From assembly GCA_963806855.1 (NCBI GenBank), contig CAWDYW010000003.1:352001-416000 (forward strand): a DNA stretch of 64,000 nt. Reading direction: 5' to 3'. Each line of letters starts with the position of its first letter. Within the stretch, counting starts at the first letter, position 1. The DNA is from an uncultured Verrucomicrobiae bacterium (GTDB lineage: Bacteria > Chlamydiota > Chlamydiia > Chlamydiales > Rhabdochlamydiaceae). Position numbers and translations under genes: made by a program. Shown piece by piece: positions 20,368 through 29,274 of the stretch. Below the pieces are notes generated by a model. That model ran no database searches. It worked only from the letters and a program-made list of their open reading frames with translations, and was not told where the DNA came from.

Positions 20368-20544
20368 AGCCAGTTGCAAAACTCCAGCCCATGGAAAAAA
20401 CGATGATTTTGAGTCAGTTTGCCAGTCGCGAAGTGCCAGCCTGCCCCCGAGCACATACTCAAGTAGAGTAGGGCTCGGGGGCGGGGTGGCAAAATGGCTC
20501 AAAAGGGCGTTTTTGCCATGCGCTGGAGTTTTGCAACTGGCTCT
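20366..20544. repeat. 179-bp palindromic MITE-like element
   Basis: Perfect termini AGAGCCAGTTGCAAAACTCCAGC / GCTGGAGTTTTGCAACTGGCTCT; central hairpin CCCCCGAGC..GCTCGGGGG. Confidence 0.88.
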
Positions 20545-20580
20545 TTAAATTTTATCGGAGGTTTGGTACCATTTTGGGCT

Positions 20581-21300
20581 ATGGCTGGACATAGTAAATG
20601 GGCAAATACTAAACATCGAAAGGGGCGAGCAGATGCCGTAAAGGGCAAAATCTTTACCCGTATCACAAAAGAAATCATCAGTGCAGTAAAGCAGGGTGGG
20701 CCTGATCCAAAATCTAATCCCAAGTTGAGATTGGTGATGGACAAGGCGCGCGCGGCCAACATGCCGAATGATAACGTCGAGCGCAATATCAAAAAAGCGA
20801 GCAGCGCCGATCAGTCCGATTATTATGAAATGACCTATGAATTCTATGGACATAACGGGGTCGGAATTATTGCCGAACTCATGACCGATAACAAAAATCG
20901 GGCCGCCTCCGATATGCGCATCGCGACGAATAAAAAGGGTGGCAATATCGCTACTCCAGGTTCGGTTGCCTTTAATTTTGATCGGAAGGGCGTGATCCAG
21001 GTGGCCAAAGAGGGAATGGCGGAAGACGATCTATTCCTGATGGCGACCGATGCAGGAGCTGAAGATTTTGTGGTTGCGGATGATCGCTATATCATCACGA
21101 CGACACCAGAATCCTTATTTGAGGTGAAGGGAAAGCTCGAAGCAGCAGGGGTCAAGTGCCAAGAGGCCGAGTTCGAAATGATCCCCAAAAGCTATGTCAC
21201 TTGCCCGCCAGAAGCTGCAAAAGCCAATATGGAGCTCATCGAATGGCTTGAAAATCTCGATGATGTCGACACTGTCTATCATAACATGACAGAGGGTTAG
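20581..21300 (+). CDS. yebC: YebC/PmpR family protein
   Basis: Canonical start MAGHSKWANTKHRKG; TDNKNR; LDDVDTVYHN. Confidence 0.93.
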   Translation: MAGHSKWANTKHRKGRADAVKGKIFTRITKEIISAVKQGGPDPKSNPKLRLVMDKARAANMPNDNVERNIKKASSADQSDYYEMTYEFYGHNGVGIIAELMTDNKNRAASDMRIATNKKGGNIATPGSVAFNFDRKGVIQVAKEGMAEDDLFLMATDAGAEDFVVADDRYIITTTPESLFEVKGKLEAAGVKCQEAEFEMIPKSYVTCPPEAAKANMELIEWLENLDDVDTVYHNMTEG

Positions 21301-21303
21301 CAG

Positions 21304-22908
21304 ATGCCAATCTCTCTCCTAGGGTCTTCTCCACCTTCGTTTGACAAGTTTGTGTTGGCTGCTCATAAAGCTAAGTCTGAAGATGATCTAATGGTTCAAG
21401 AGGGTGTCGTCTCTTGTGTATCGAAGAGCTGTCAACTCAGTGAATCAACCAATAATAAAACATGGAAGGCATTCAGAAAGGCGGTTGAAAGTACTTTTAC
21501 AAGAGAGAAAATCAATTGGATTTGCAAGCGGTATAATTTTAACTGGAAGACGGCCTCAACGGATCGTCTGAAGAGGCGCCACGTAGAGTACTTTGGCGTC
21601 GGGGCTTCTTCTGTGCGGCTAACCGATCTCAAGAGCGCTCAATCGGTGTGGAAGAGTGTCTGGAGGTTCTTTACAGGCTTCGGGAGCACTTCTGTTGATG
21701 GGGTGAGAAAACTCTATGATCGCGTCACTGAACATAGTTTTCTTGTTGATAAACATGATCCTCGCAAACTCTCTGGTGCACCACGCGAATTTCATGAGAA
21801 TTTTGCAACCGACCAATTCAACATCGACCAGCAGCGAAGCAATCTTTATCTCGGAGTGGGGGAATTATTATCGAAGGATCCCAAAATTCCTCGTCTCCAC
21901 CGCTATTATTCTCGGTTATCGATGACAATCACCTGCTTGCTTGAGGATCCCTCGAAGGTGAATCAGGAGTTTATCATCCCGGCACCGGGGGTGAGAGATG
22001 GTGAGATCGATTTTTATCGAACCCACAAGATTATTTCAAAAGGGGGGCTCACCGCAGTTGCTTGGGTACCCGTCTCCGATTCTTCCTATCTTCAGCCCAT
22101 TATCTCCTTCCGCTGCACCAAGCAGGCTCCCTCGCAAAGTGGTTTTTTTGACTCGATCCTCAATAATGGTGAGAGGCAAATTGGGAAATCGGGCTATGAA
22201 GCTTGTAAAGAGGAGTTGCTCGCACTTTTTGACGATAAGAACTTTACTCGAGGAAAAAAGGTGAAGATCCTTGCCTATAGTCAGGGGGGAAGTCACGCTG
22301 GCTATTTACTGAAAGATGCCATTCCTAAGTATTGGAGAATCATCGATGAGTTTATCGGGTTTAATTTCGTAGGTAATGATGATCCACGGGCAAATGATCA
22401 AACTGCTGAAGATAATCGGGTAATCGAGGGGATCGCTGAGCAGATTAACGCCCTTTCACCCCATGAAATCCCCCCTTCCTTTACAGTCCACAGGAATATT
22501 GGGGATTGGGTCAATGGCTCTGGAAAACGGCATATCGGCTGGGGAATTAATCATCCAAACAGCGTCGTCCGGGTATTCGAATGGGAGATAGATGACTTCC
22601 AAATGCCGACAAAGAACCCAAGAGATCCGACCCAATTTAACCCCTGGCACTATATTCATGGTGCCCGGCCGATGGATTGTGTAAGAGACTCCAACAACCC
22701 TTACGAATACAATCTCTATCAGGGACCCACGCAATGTGATCCGGTCCTTGACACTTATAAACGGGACCCTACCTTAGAGGATATCCGGCAAGAGTTTGGC
22801 CATGAAGTGCTCTATCAGGCAGTGAGCATGGCCTATGAGATTGGCTCTTTCCTCGTGCGGATTTTCGGTATCCAATTCCTCAGGAAGTATTTCGAAGAAA
22901 AACCCTAG
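21304..22908 (+). CDS. Hypothetical protein with lipase-like alpha/beta hydrolase motif
   Basis: ISFRCT (FRGT-like) and AYSQGG (nucleophile elbow), later D and H candidates. Confidence 0.6.
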   Translation: MPISLLGSSPPSFDKFVLAAHKAKSEDDLMVQEGVVSCVSKSCQLSESTNNKTWKAFRKAVESTFTREKINWICKRYNFNWKTASTDRLKRRHVEYFGVGASSVRLTDLKSAQSVWKSVWRFFTGFGSTSVDGVRKLYDRVTEHSFLVDKHDPRKLSGAPREFHENFATDQFNIDQQRSNLYLGVGELLSKDPKIPRLHRYYSRLSMTITCLLEDPSKVNQEFIIPAPGVRDGEIDFYRTHKIISKGGLTAVAWVPVSDSSYLQPIISFRCTKQAPSQSGFFDSILNNGERQIGKSGYEACKEELLALFDDKNFTRGKKVKILAYSQGGSHAGYLLKDAIPKYWRIIDEFIGFNFVGNDDPRANDQTAEDNRVIEGIAEQINALSPHEIPPSFTVHRNIGDWVNGSGKRHIGWGINHPNSVVRVFEWEIDDFQMPTKNPRDPTQFNPWHYIHGARPMDCVRDSNNPYEYNLYQGPTQCDPVLDTYKRDPTLEDIRQEFGHEVLYQAVSMAYEIGSFLVRIFGIQFLRKYFEEKP

Positions 22909-22920
22909 GCAGGCTATATA

Positions 22921-23009
22921 AACGCAAAGACGCGGAGGCGCAAAGAACGCAAAGAAGAAAAATATTTTTTGTTTTTTTTGCGTCTTTGCGCTCTTCGCGT
23001 CTTTGCGTT
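22921..23009. repeat. REP-like palindrome, CGCAAAG family (copy 2)
   Basis: AACGCAAAGACGCGGAGGCGCAAAG...CTTTGCGCTCTTCGCGTCTTTGCGTT between convergent genes. Confidence 0.85.
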
Positions 23010-23026
23010 GAGACAGTCTTTAATAC

Positions 23027-23689
23027 CTATTCTTTCGCCAATTTTCTAATCAAAATCGGAAGGAGCGAGAAGATGCTTAAGCAAAGCAAAATGAGCTGAA
23101 TATCGGCATCGACAGTGAGTCCATCTGCCGATTCAAAGACGGTATTAAATCCTTTGCCGCCTTGGGTAAAAATGAGCACTCGAGGCAGCATTCCTACGAC
23201 ACTTGTCCAGAGATAGGTACGTAAGCTCACGTTGAAGAACCCCGGCAGTGAATTACTGACCCAAAGCGGAATGAAAGGGCATAAACGCAAAAAAAGCAGA
23301 TAGCTGATGATATTCTGCTCGAGATGGGGCTCGATTTTGCGAAACCAAGATTTTTCGCCGACGGCGATCTTAATACTTAAAAACAGCAAAGAAGCCCCGA
23401 TAAGCGTTCCAGCAAGAAAGTAGAGGGTGCAGCCAGGTTGAGTGAAAAGAAAGCCCGCAAGGAAGTTTAACATCAATCCTCCAGGCATCGAAAGGATCGT
23501 CGTGCCGGCGCAGTATCCGATAAACATCAGCGGCGTCATGAGTGGGCTATTGTTGACAAATTCGATCATTTCCACGTGCAGATAGCGGAGGGTCTCGAAG
23601 TCAACCGCCCGATAGAACCCCATGAGGTAGGTGGTGAGCATCAGCAACCCGATCAGGGTAATGGGAATAAAGCGATAGACGAGTTTCAT
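23027..23689 (-). CDS. TVP38/TMEM64 (VTT/DedA) membrane protein
   Basis: AGFLF, YLLFLRLCPFIP; ATGA overlap with the upstream paralog. Confidence 0.85.
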   Translation of the reverse strand: MKLVYRFIPITLIGLLMLTTYLMGFYRAVDFETLRYLHVEMIEFVNNSPLMTPLMFIGYCAGTTILSMPGGLMLNFLAGFLFTQPGCTLYFLAGTLIGASLLFLSIKIAVGEKSWFRKIEPHLEQNIISYLLFLRLCPFIPLWVSNSLPGFFNVSLRTYLWTSVVGMLPRVLIFTQGGKGFNTVFESADGLTVDADIQLILLCLSIFSLLPILIRKLAKE

Positions 23690-24375
23690 TTTTTCCTCGT
23701 TCGCAGATTTTGATAAACGATGGGACACAAAGCTAAAAGTCCGAGAATCAATAAGGCAAACTTAATTTCGGGAGTAAAAATATCAGCCAGGGTCAAAAAT
23801 TGATTTTTTGCAAAGAGAACGGAGAGGCTATGCCCTGCGTCGGCAAGGATCACTGTCAGCGGAATGACTCCAACTAGGCAAGTCCAGATGAAGGTCCGAT
23901 AGGTGATATTAAAATAGGCGGCGCAAACATTGGTCAGCCAAAAGGGAAGGACATGAGAAAAGCGCAAGAAGAGCATATAGCTGATCTCATGTCGATGAAA
24001 TTTTTGTCGCATCTTTTTAAAGAAGGGCCTTTCAGTTCGAACATCTTTGAATACGCTGCGCATAATGGCAAAGAAAGCTATTCCTCCTATCGTTTCAGCT
24101 AAGATGATATAGACGATGGCCAGTGGCAATGGGAAGAGAAGTCCGCCGACAAGCGAGAGGATAGTGGAATCGGGGATAACTAGACAGACGGAGACAGTAT
24201 AGAAGAGGATGAAGATGAGTGGGGAGAGAATGGGGTGGGCATGGACAAAGACAAGCAGTTTATGTTGATATTCTTTGATGTGGGTGAGGGAGAGATATTG
24301 ATGTAAATTGGTAATATATACAAAGAGAATGAGGATGACGAGGATGACAAAGGGAATGAAATGCTTTCTGTTCAT
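23686..24375 (-). CDS. TVP38/TMEM64 (VTT/DedA) membrane protein
   Basis: GGLLF, YMLFLRFSHVLPFWLTN. Confidence 0.85.
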   Translation of the reverse strand: MNRKHFIPFVILVILILFVYITNLHQYLSLTHIKEYQHKLLVFVHAHPILSPLIFILFYTVSVCLVIPDSTILSLVGGLLFPLPLAIVYIILAETIGGIAFFAIMRSVFKDVRTERPFFKKMRQKFHRHEISYMLFLRFSHVLPFWLTNVCAAYFNITYRTFIWTCLVGVIPLTVILADAGHSLSVLFAKNQFLTLADIFTPEIKFALLILGLLALCPIVYQNLRTRKK

Positions 24376-24439
24376 TCCCTAGCATATATCATACTTTAAA
24401 ATTAGATCTCTCGAATAACTTAATTTTCGTGCCCGCGCC

Positions 24440-25243
24440 CGCATCCTATTACCCATAAGTTATAGTGCTTTTTTGGTTACTATAGACATGTCGGGTGACA
24501 CAGCACTTCGTGTCCGGTGTCCCCCCGCGACCCCCTAGGTACTCACCTCGCTTCGCCAAATCGCATCCTCGTCGGGAGAGTGGACGGAGTCCTACCCTCC
24601 CACGCCCCACCCTCCAGACTTCACTGAACCCTAACTCTTTGAAGTAAAAATTGGAGTAGTACGGGTTCAATAAAGTCTAGGGGTGTGGTGCTCTCCTGCG
24701 GGTGCGATTTTGCTTTGCGATCTGAGTCCGCGGGCTGCTCACGCGCTCATTCCCCGCCGGGACTCCGTCCTTTTTCGGCAGGTGCCCTTTCGCGTCAGTT
24801 CGCAGAACCATACAAAAAAAGTCTGCCGACTTGTCCTCATTCTGCAAACTGAAAACAGTGTGTTTTTCCTTTTTAAATTGGCTCTGCGAGACGACGCGAA
24901 AGGGCTCCCGCCGAAAGAGGACGGAGTCCCGGCGGGAATGAGCGCTCGAGCAGCCCGCGGACTCAGATCGCAAAGCAAAATCGCACCCGCAGGAGAGCCC
25001 GCACTCTCTGATTTCAATGAACCCATGGATAAGTTTGTTATTAGTTGGGTATGGGTTCATGGAAATCGGGAGAGTGGGGCGTGGGAGGGTAGGACTCCGT
25101 CCACTCTCCCGACGAGGATGCGATTTGGCGAAGCGAGGTGAGTACCTAGGGGGTCGCGGGGGACACCGGACACGAAGTGCTGTGTCACCCGACATGTCTA
25201 TAGTAACCAAAAAAGTACTATAACTTATGGGTAATAGGATGCG
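24440..25243. repeat. ~800-bp nested inverted repeat (cloverleaf-shaped non-coding palindrome)
   Basis: 24440-24610 pairs with 25074-25243; 24690-24810 pairs with 24879-24998; side hairpins at 24608-24685 and 25001-25076. Confidence 0.92.
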
Positions 25244-25282
25244 TGCCCGTGCCCGAAATTTACTGTTTCGGGCACGCACACG
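25242..25282. repeat. GTGCCC-type REP-like hairpin
   Basis: CGTGCCCGTGCCCGAAA..TTTCGGGCACGCACACG; half copy CGTGCCCGCGCCCG at 24428. Confidence 0.6.
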
Positions 25283-25291
25283 GTCACAACG

Positions 25292-28255
25292 TTATCTCCA
25301 GGCAACAAATGTGCCGTGAGACTGGAGCTCTTCTTTGGAGATAATTTCGTAGCGGAAGTCTTTCTCCTTGGGTGTCATCCCTTCGCAGAGGATCGCAATT
25401 CGGCGTGTATTCTTTCGCGACAGGGTCTCTTCGGCCTCTTTGCGCATCTGCTCATAGGTCAGTTTTTCCAGTGAAGCGATCCGCTTGTTGATCAGCTGGA
25501 AATCGCCCTCATGGTCAAAGCCGAGGAGGAAGAGGCGTCCCCCCATCAAGGTGATGTTTTCAGGTGGCATTTGCAGCGTGGCAATCGCCATTTTACGCAC
25601 TTTTTCGAAGCGTCCGATCGGGAATTCGGTGGTGAATTGTTTGATGAAGTTTTCGAGGAAGAGCTCGAAGCGGGCAATCAGATCGCCAGGTTGGTGGGTG
25701 CTCGATTGCACTGCAAAGTATTGGAGCAACTGTTTCTCTTCTTCTTTATCCCAAGCTTTGGCGATATAGGCGGTCTGTTGCTTGGTGCGCAAGGTCTCGA
25801 AGAATCCATCCTTGAGGACGCCGCCGATGATTTGTTGGGCGGCCCGTTTGTCATAGGAGTAGGGGCCTTGTTCGACCACTAAGAGGGCAGCGTTGCCGAG
25901 CATGGAGGTCGATTGGGTCAGCATGAAGGGGCCTTGTCCCTCTTTGAGGACGAGGATCTGTCGCTTATGTTGATCTTCAACTGGATATCCCTCAGCATTC
26001 AATTTCTGCTTGAGCGATGCCCAGAGCGTCTCGGCCTCTTTCCGGGTGAGGTTGCCGTAGAGAAGCCCTTCGGTGTAGGCTTTTTTGAAAAGGTCGGAGC
26101 AAAATTCTTGGAAATCTTCATAGCTGATTGTTTTGACTGCTTTGACCTTGTCGTAAGAGGTAGGGCAATCGTTGAAGATAATGCTATTGAGGAATTCAAA
26201 GGACTGGAGCAAGGGCAGCTCTTTGGACATATTTTCGTAAGCTGCGAGATTCGATTGCTTGTAGAGTTCAAACTGATCGCGACTTGGGTGCACTTTGGGC
26301 AGGGCGGCGAAAATCTCTTCGACGAGTTTGCTCGATTGGTCACTAAAACCGTTGATTGCGATGGCGACCGAGCCAAAATCTTGGCGGAGGCTGATGTGGA
26401 ATCCGGCAGTTTCGGCAGCGCTAGTGATTGAGAAAATTTGGTCGTCGAGAGCTTTGAGGTAGAGGTCGCAGAGGGCTTTTGCTCGCGCGCTTCCATCAAG
26501 TAGAGGGGATTTGACGCGGAAGAGATGGGAGATTTCGGGCGCAAGGTATTGTTTATCGTCTGCGAAGTAGATTTTCCCTTGGGAGTTATTTTGGATGAGG
26601 GTCGGGATGATCGGCTCTTCGGAGGGAAGGTTGTTGATTAGGGTCAAATTTTTTGGAATGAATTGGTTAGCGGGGGGAAGCCCGATTTGAGGATTGAGGT
26701 TGGTATCGCTCCAGGCGAGCAGTTGCTTTTGGGCAACGGGGACGATTGAATACTCCGCTTTCATCCATTTTTCTTCTCGATTAGGAATGACGTTTGTTTT
26801 GGAGGGATCGGCGATGCAGAAGAAGATGCAATTTTCGGGGGTCAAATAATCGATATAGGTGGAGATCAATTCAGGTTCATATTTGGTGGGGATGAGGGTT
26901 TTTCTTGGGAAAGTCTCAAGGTCTTCATCGACCAGCGCGTGGGCCTTTTCTAGGACAAATTGATAGGCATCTTGGCGTGTTTGATATTGGTAGTCGATTT
27001 CGGCAATTTTTTGCACTTCGTTGAAGATATAGCGGGGGACGCCGGTTTTTTTCAGGCGGGCCAAGGCTTCAAAGCAATAATTCACCACAGTATTGATCTG
27101 CTGAATTCCTTTGTCGGAGAGCTCGATGTCGATACTGAAGAGTTTATTGATTTTGCTCAAAGGCTCTTCAGAAACTTTGATCGATTCGGCCAAGTGTTCC
27201 CGCTTGAGGAGCGCGAGGAGACCGTTTTTGTTGCCGGCGCTCAATATATAGCTGAGTAACTCTCCAACTTGGACCTCTTTGTCCTCAGATAGGTTGGGGG
27301 GAAGTTCCCATGTGAGGGAAAGGACTTTTAACCCTTTTACCGGTTTGATATAGATCATGTGCCCCCGCTGTTTTTCAGAGGTCATAGGAGCAAGTGATAG
27401 GTCTTGCGGCTGGGCACTAGCACTAATCTCAGAAAAGTCTTTCACTGTGGCTTCAATCAGCTCGTCGATTGGGAGCGAGGAAAGGACGACGAGGTTCATC
27501 TTATCGGCGCTATAGTGCTCTTTATACCACGCCTTCATTGCGCTTTGAGGGATGCCGCGGAGAGTATCGGCGTTACCTGTTGAAAATTTGGCATTAGGGT
27601 GATGCGGGTTACCAGTCTCTTTCAGAATCATGTACTGGCGCCAGCCATCATTTTCTATATTTTTTGCATGTTCTTGGTCGACCGCGAGCAGCTCCCTCTC
27701 AATGCAATGGGGATTGAAAAGGGGATCGATAAAGAAGTGGGCAAAGCGGTTTAAGGCTCCATCGAAACCGTCATTATTGATCGAAAACATATAGACGGTA
27801 CGATCGGATGCGGTATAGGCGTTGACCTTCCCCCCATGATCGTTGATATACTGCATGTACTCAAATTCTTGAGGGTAGGCCTTTGTCCCCATGAAGAGCA
27901 TGTGTTCAAGAAAATGGGCCATGCCCGGATATTCTAGCGGATCATTCCAGGAGCCGGCTTCTACAGCGAGTGCTGCGGCAGATTGGTCCACTTCTGGATC
28001 AGAGATCAGGTAGGCTTCTAGTCCATTCGCGAGGCGGATTTTTGCAGTTTTTCTCTCGGAGAGACTCGGGCTGTGGATTTCTAGTGCCGACTGATCGGGG
28101 ATCAGTTCATAGAGGGAAGGGGCATCTGCGAAAGCAAGCGTTGAGGTAAATAAGCCAATTTTCAACGCAAAGACGCAAAGGCGCAAAGGCGCAGAAATTT
28201 TTTTTTGTTGCGCCTTTGCGCCTTCGTATCTTTGCGTTGAAAAATTGTTTAACAT
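25292..28255 (-). CDS. Insulinase family (M16) zinc protease, protease III-like
   Basis: AHFLEHMLFMGT (HxxEH), NAYT, LRTKQQTAY; TAATG overlap with the upstream gene. Confidence 0.92.
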   Translation of the reverse strand: MLNNFSTQRYEGAKAQQKKISAPLRLCVFALKIGLFTSTLAFADAPSLYELIPDQSALEIHSPSLSERKTAKIRLANGLEAYLISDPEVDQSAAALAVEAGSWNDPLEYPGMAHFLEHMLFMGTKAYPQEFEYMQYINDHGGKVNAYTASDRTVYMFSINNDGFDGALNRFAHFFIDPLFNPHCIERELLAVDQEHAKNIENDGWRQYMILKETGNPHHPNAKFSTGNADTLRGIPQSAMKAWYKEHYSADKMNLVVLSSLPIDELIEATVKDFSEISASAQPQDLSLAPMTSEKQRGHMIYIKPVKGLKVLSLTWELPPNLSEDKEVQVGELLSYILSAGNKNGLLALLKREHLAESIKVSEEPLSKINKLFSIDIELSDKGIQQINTVVNYCFEALARLKKTGVPRYIFNEVQKIAEIDYQYQTRQDAYQFVLEKAHALVDEDLETFPRKTLIPTKYEPELISTYIDYLTPENCIFFCIADPSKTNVIPNREEKWMKAEYSIVPVAQKQLLAWSDTNLNPQIGLPPANQFIPKNLTLINNLPSEEPIIPTLIQNNSQGKIYFADDKQYLAPEISHLFRVKSPLLDGSARAKALCDLYLKALDDQIFSITSAAETAGFHISLRQDFGSVAIAINGFSDQSSKLVEEIFAALPKVHPSRDQFELYKQSNLAAYENMSKELPLLQSFEFLNSIIFNDCPTSYDKVKAVKTISYEDFQEFCSDLFKKAYTEGLLYGNLTRKEAETLWASLKQKLNAEGYPVEDQHKRQILVLKEGQGPFMLTQSTSMLGNAALLVVEQGPYSYDKRAAQQIIGGVLKDGFFETLRTKQQTAYIAKAWDKEEEKQLLQYFAVQSSTHQPGDLIARFELFLENFIKQFTTEFPIGRFEKVRKMAIATLQMPPENITLMGGRLFLLGFDHEGDFQLINKRIASLEKLTYEQMRKEAEETLSRKNTRRIAILCEGMTPKEKDFRYEIISKEELQSHGTFVAWR
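28157..28246. repeat. REP-like palindrome, CGCAAAG family (copy 3), inside the 5' coding region of the insulinase gene
   Basis: TTTTCAACGCAAAGACGCAAAGGCGCAAAGGCGCA...TGCGCCTTTGCGCCTTCGTATCTTTGCGTTGAAAA. Confidence 0.88.
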
Positions 28256-29274
28256 TATTTTTCTCCTTGGAACTTATTGTAGTCATCGTAGACTAATTGC
28301 CAAATATAATCTGCGCGTGATTTTCTGCGAATATCCTTATCTGGATTATCTGATCCAGGAAAATGCTCCATGTCAATCGCTGGGCCAATTGCCATGTGGA
28401 TTCCTACTCTTTTTAAAGCGCGGTGCTCCCCCAGTTCAATCTGGACTTTTTCTGGTGGCGGGAGCAATTCGTAAGTTCCGAGTGCCATCGGGTAGAAGAA
28501 GGTGGGGGTCTTTGATTTTTTTGCCATGAGATAAAACATCTCGATGCTCTTCGGATCGAAAGGAGCGATCTCGATTTCCCCTTGAGCATTGCGTCGATCT
28601 CTTCCACCGCTTGGTGCAACGTAGATGCATTTGCCCCCTTCACCCAGAAGATCGCTCATCAAACTCATCGATTTTTTATTATGGAGTTGCTTTTGATGTT
28701 TGAGCTCAGGAGGGTGGTCGATATACCGTTTGGAATAAATGCAGATCAGATCGCACCCCATGCTAAAGGGGACGGCGAGAGTGTCGTTGACAACTCTTTC
28801 CCCTGCTACAAAGATCATCTTTTCACACAAGTAGGGGAACTCATGTTGGAGCAAAACGCCGATGGCCTGAGGGTCGGCCTCAGTTTGGTGATTAGCGAGA
28901 AAGATCACATTGTGGTTTTGCTTTAGGTGGTTCTCGATCTCTTTCAGCCGCTCTTTTCCTAGGATGCTGGAGCTCTTCTTATCGATAATTGGATCGAAAA
29001 AATGGATCCCAAATTTGTAATAATCGAATGGATCACGGACTTTTTTATGGTAGAGTGGAAACTGGTAGGGATCTTTAGCTTGCTTTAAGACCTCTTCTAG
29101 AAAGGTAAAAAACATCTGCTCGACTGATTCTTTTAAATGAATCTCTTCGCCCAGAGATTCAAGATAAGTGACGTAAAAAGACTTGATGCCACCTACCTGC
29201 ATTTCGGTAAGAAGATGTTGCTGCTTACAGGAGGCGAGGGTTTCTAAAAAATTACGTTTCGAGTTTTTGACCAT
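28255..29274 (-). CDS. plsB: Glycerol-3-phosphate acyltransferase, chlamydial/plastid ATS1 type
   Basis: NHQTEADP, AGERVV..PFSMG, APSGGRDR; start uncertain. Confidence 0.88.
   Translation of the reverse strand: MVKNSKRNFLETLASCKQQHLLTEMQVGGIKSFYVTYLESLGEEIHLKESVEQMFFTFLEEVLKQAKDPYQFPLYHKKVRDPFDYYKFGIHFFDPIIDKKSSSILGKERLKEIENHLKQNHNVIFLANHQTEADPQAIGVLLQHEFPYLCEKMIFVAGERVVNDTLAVPFSMGCDLICIYSKRYIDHPPELKHQKQLHNKKSMSLMSDLLGEGGKCIYVAPSGGRDRRNAQGEIEIAPFDPKSIEMFYLMAKKSKTPTFFYPMALGTYELLPPPEKVQIELGEHRALKRVGIHMAIGPAIDMEHFPGSDNPDKDIRRKSRADYIWQLVYDDYNKFQGEK

Noticed and set aside
20494..20580. N-terminal extension of YebC
   Set aside because: Derived from the palindromic element; the canonical MAGHSKW start is at 20581 with GGAGG upstream
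24449..25279. ORFs across the large palindrome
   Set aside because: Mirror-image, Arg/Pro-rich translations produced by the GC-rich inverted repeat; no RBS or protein motif
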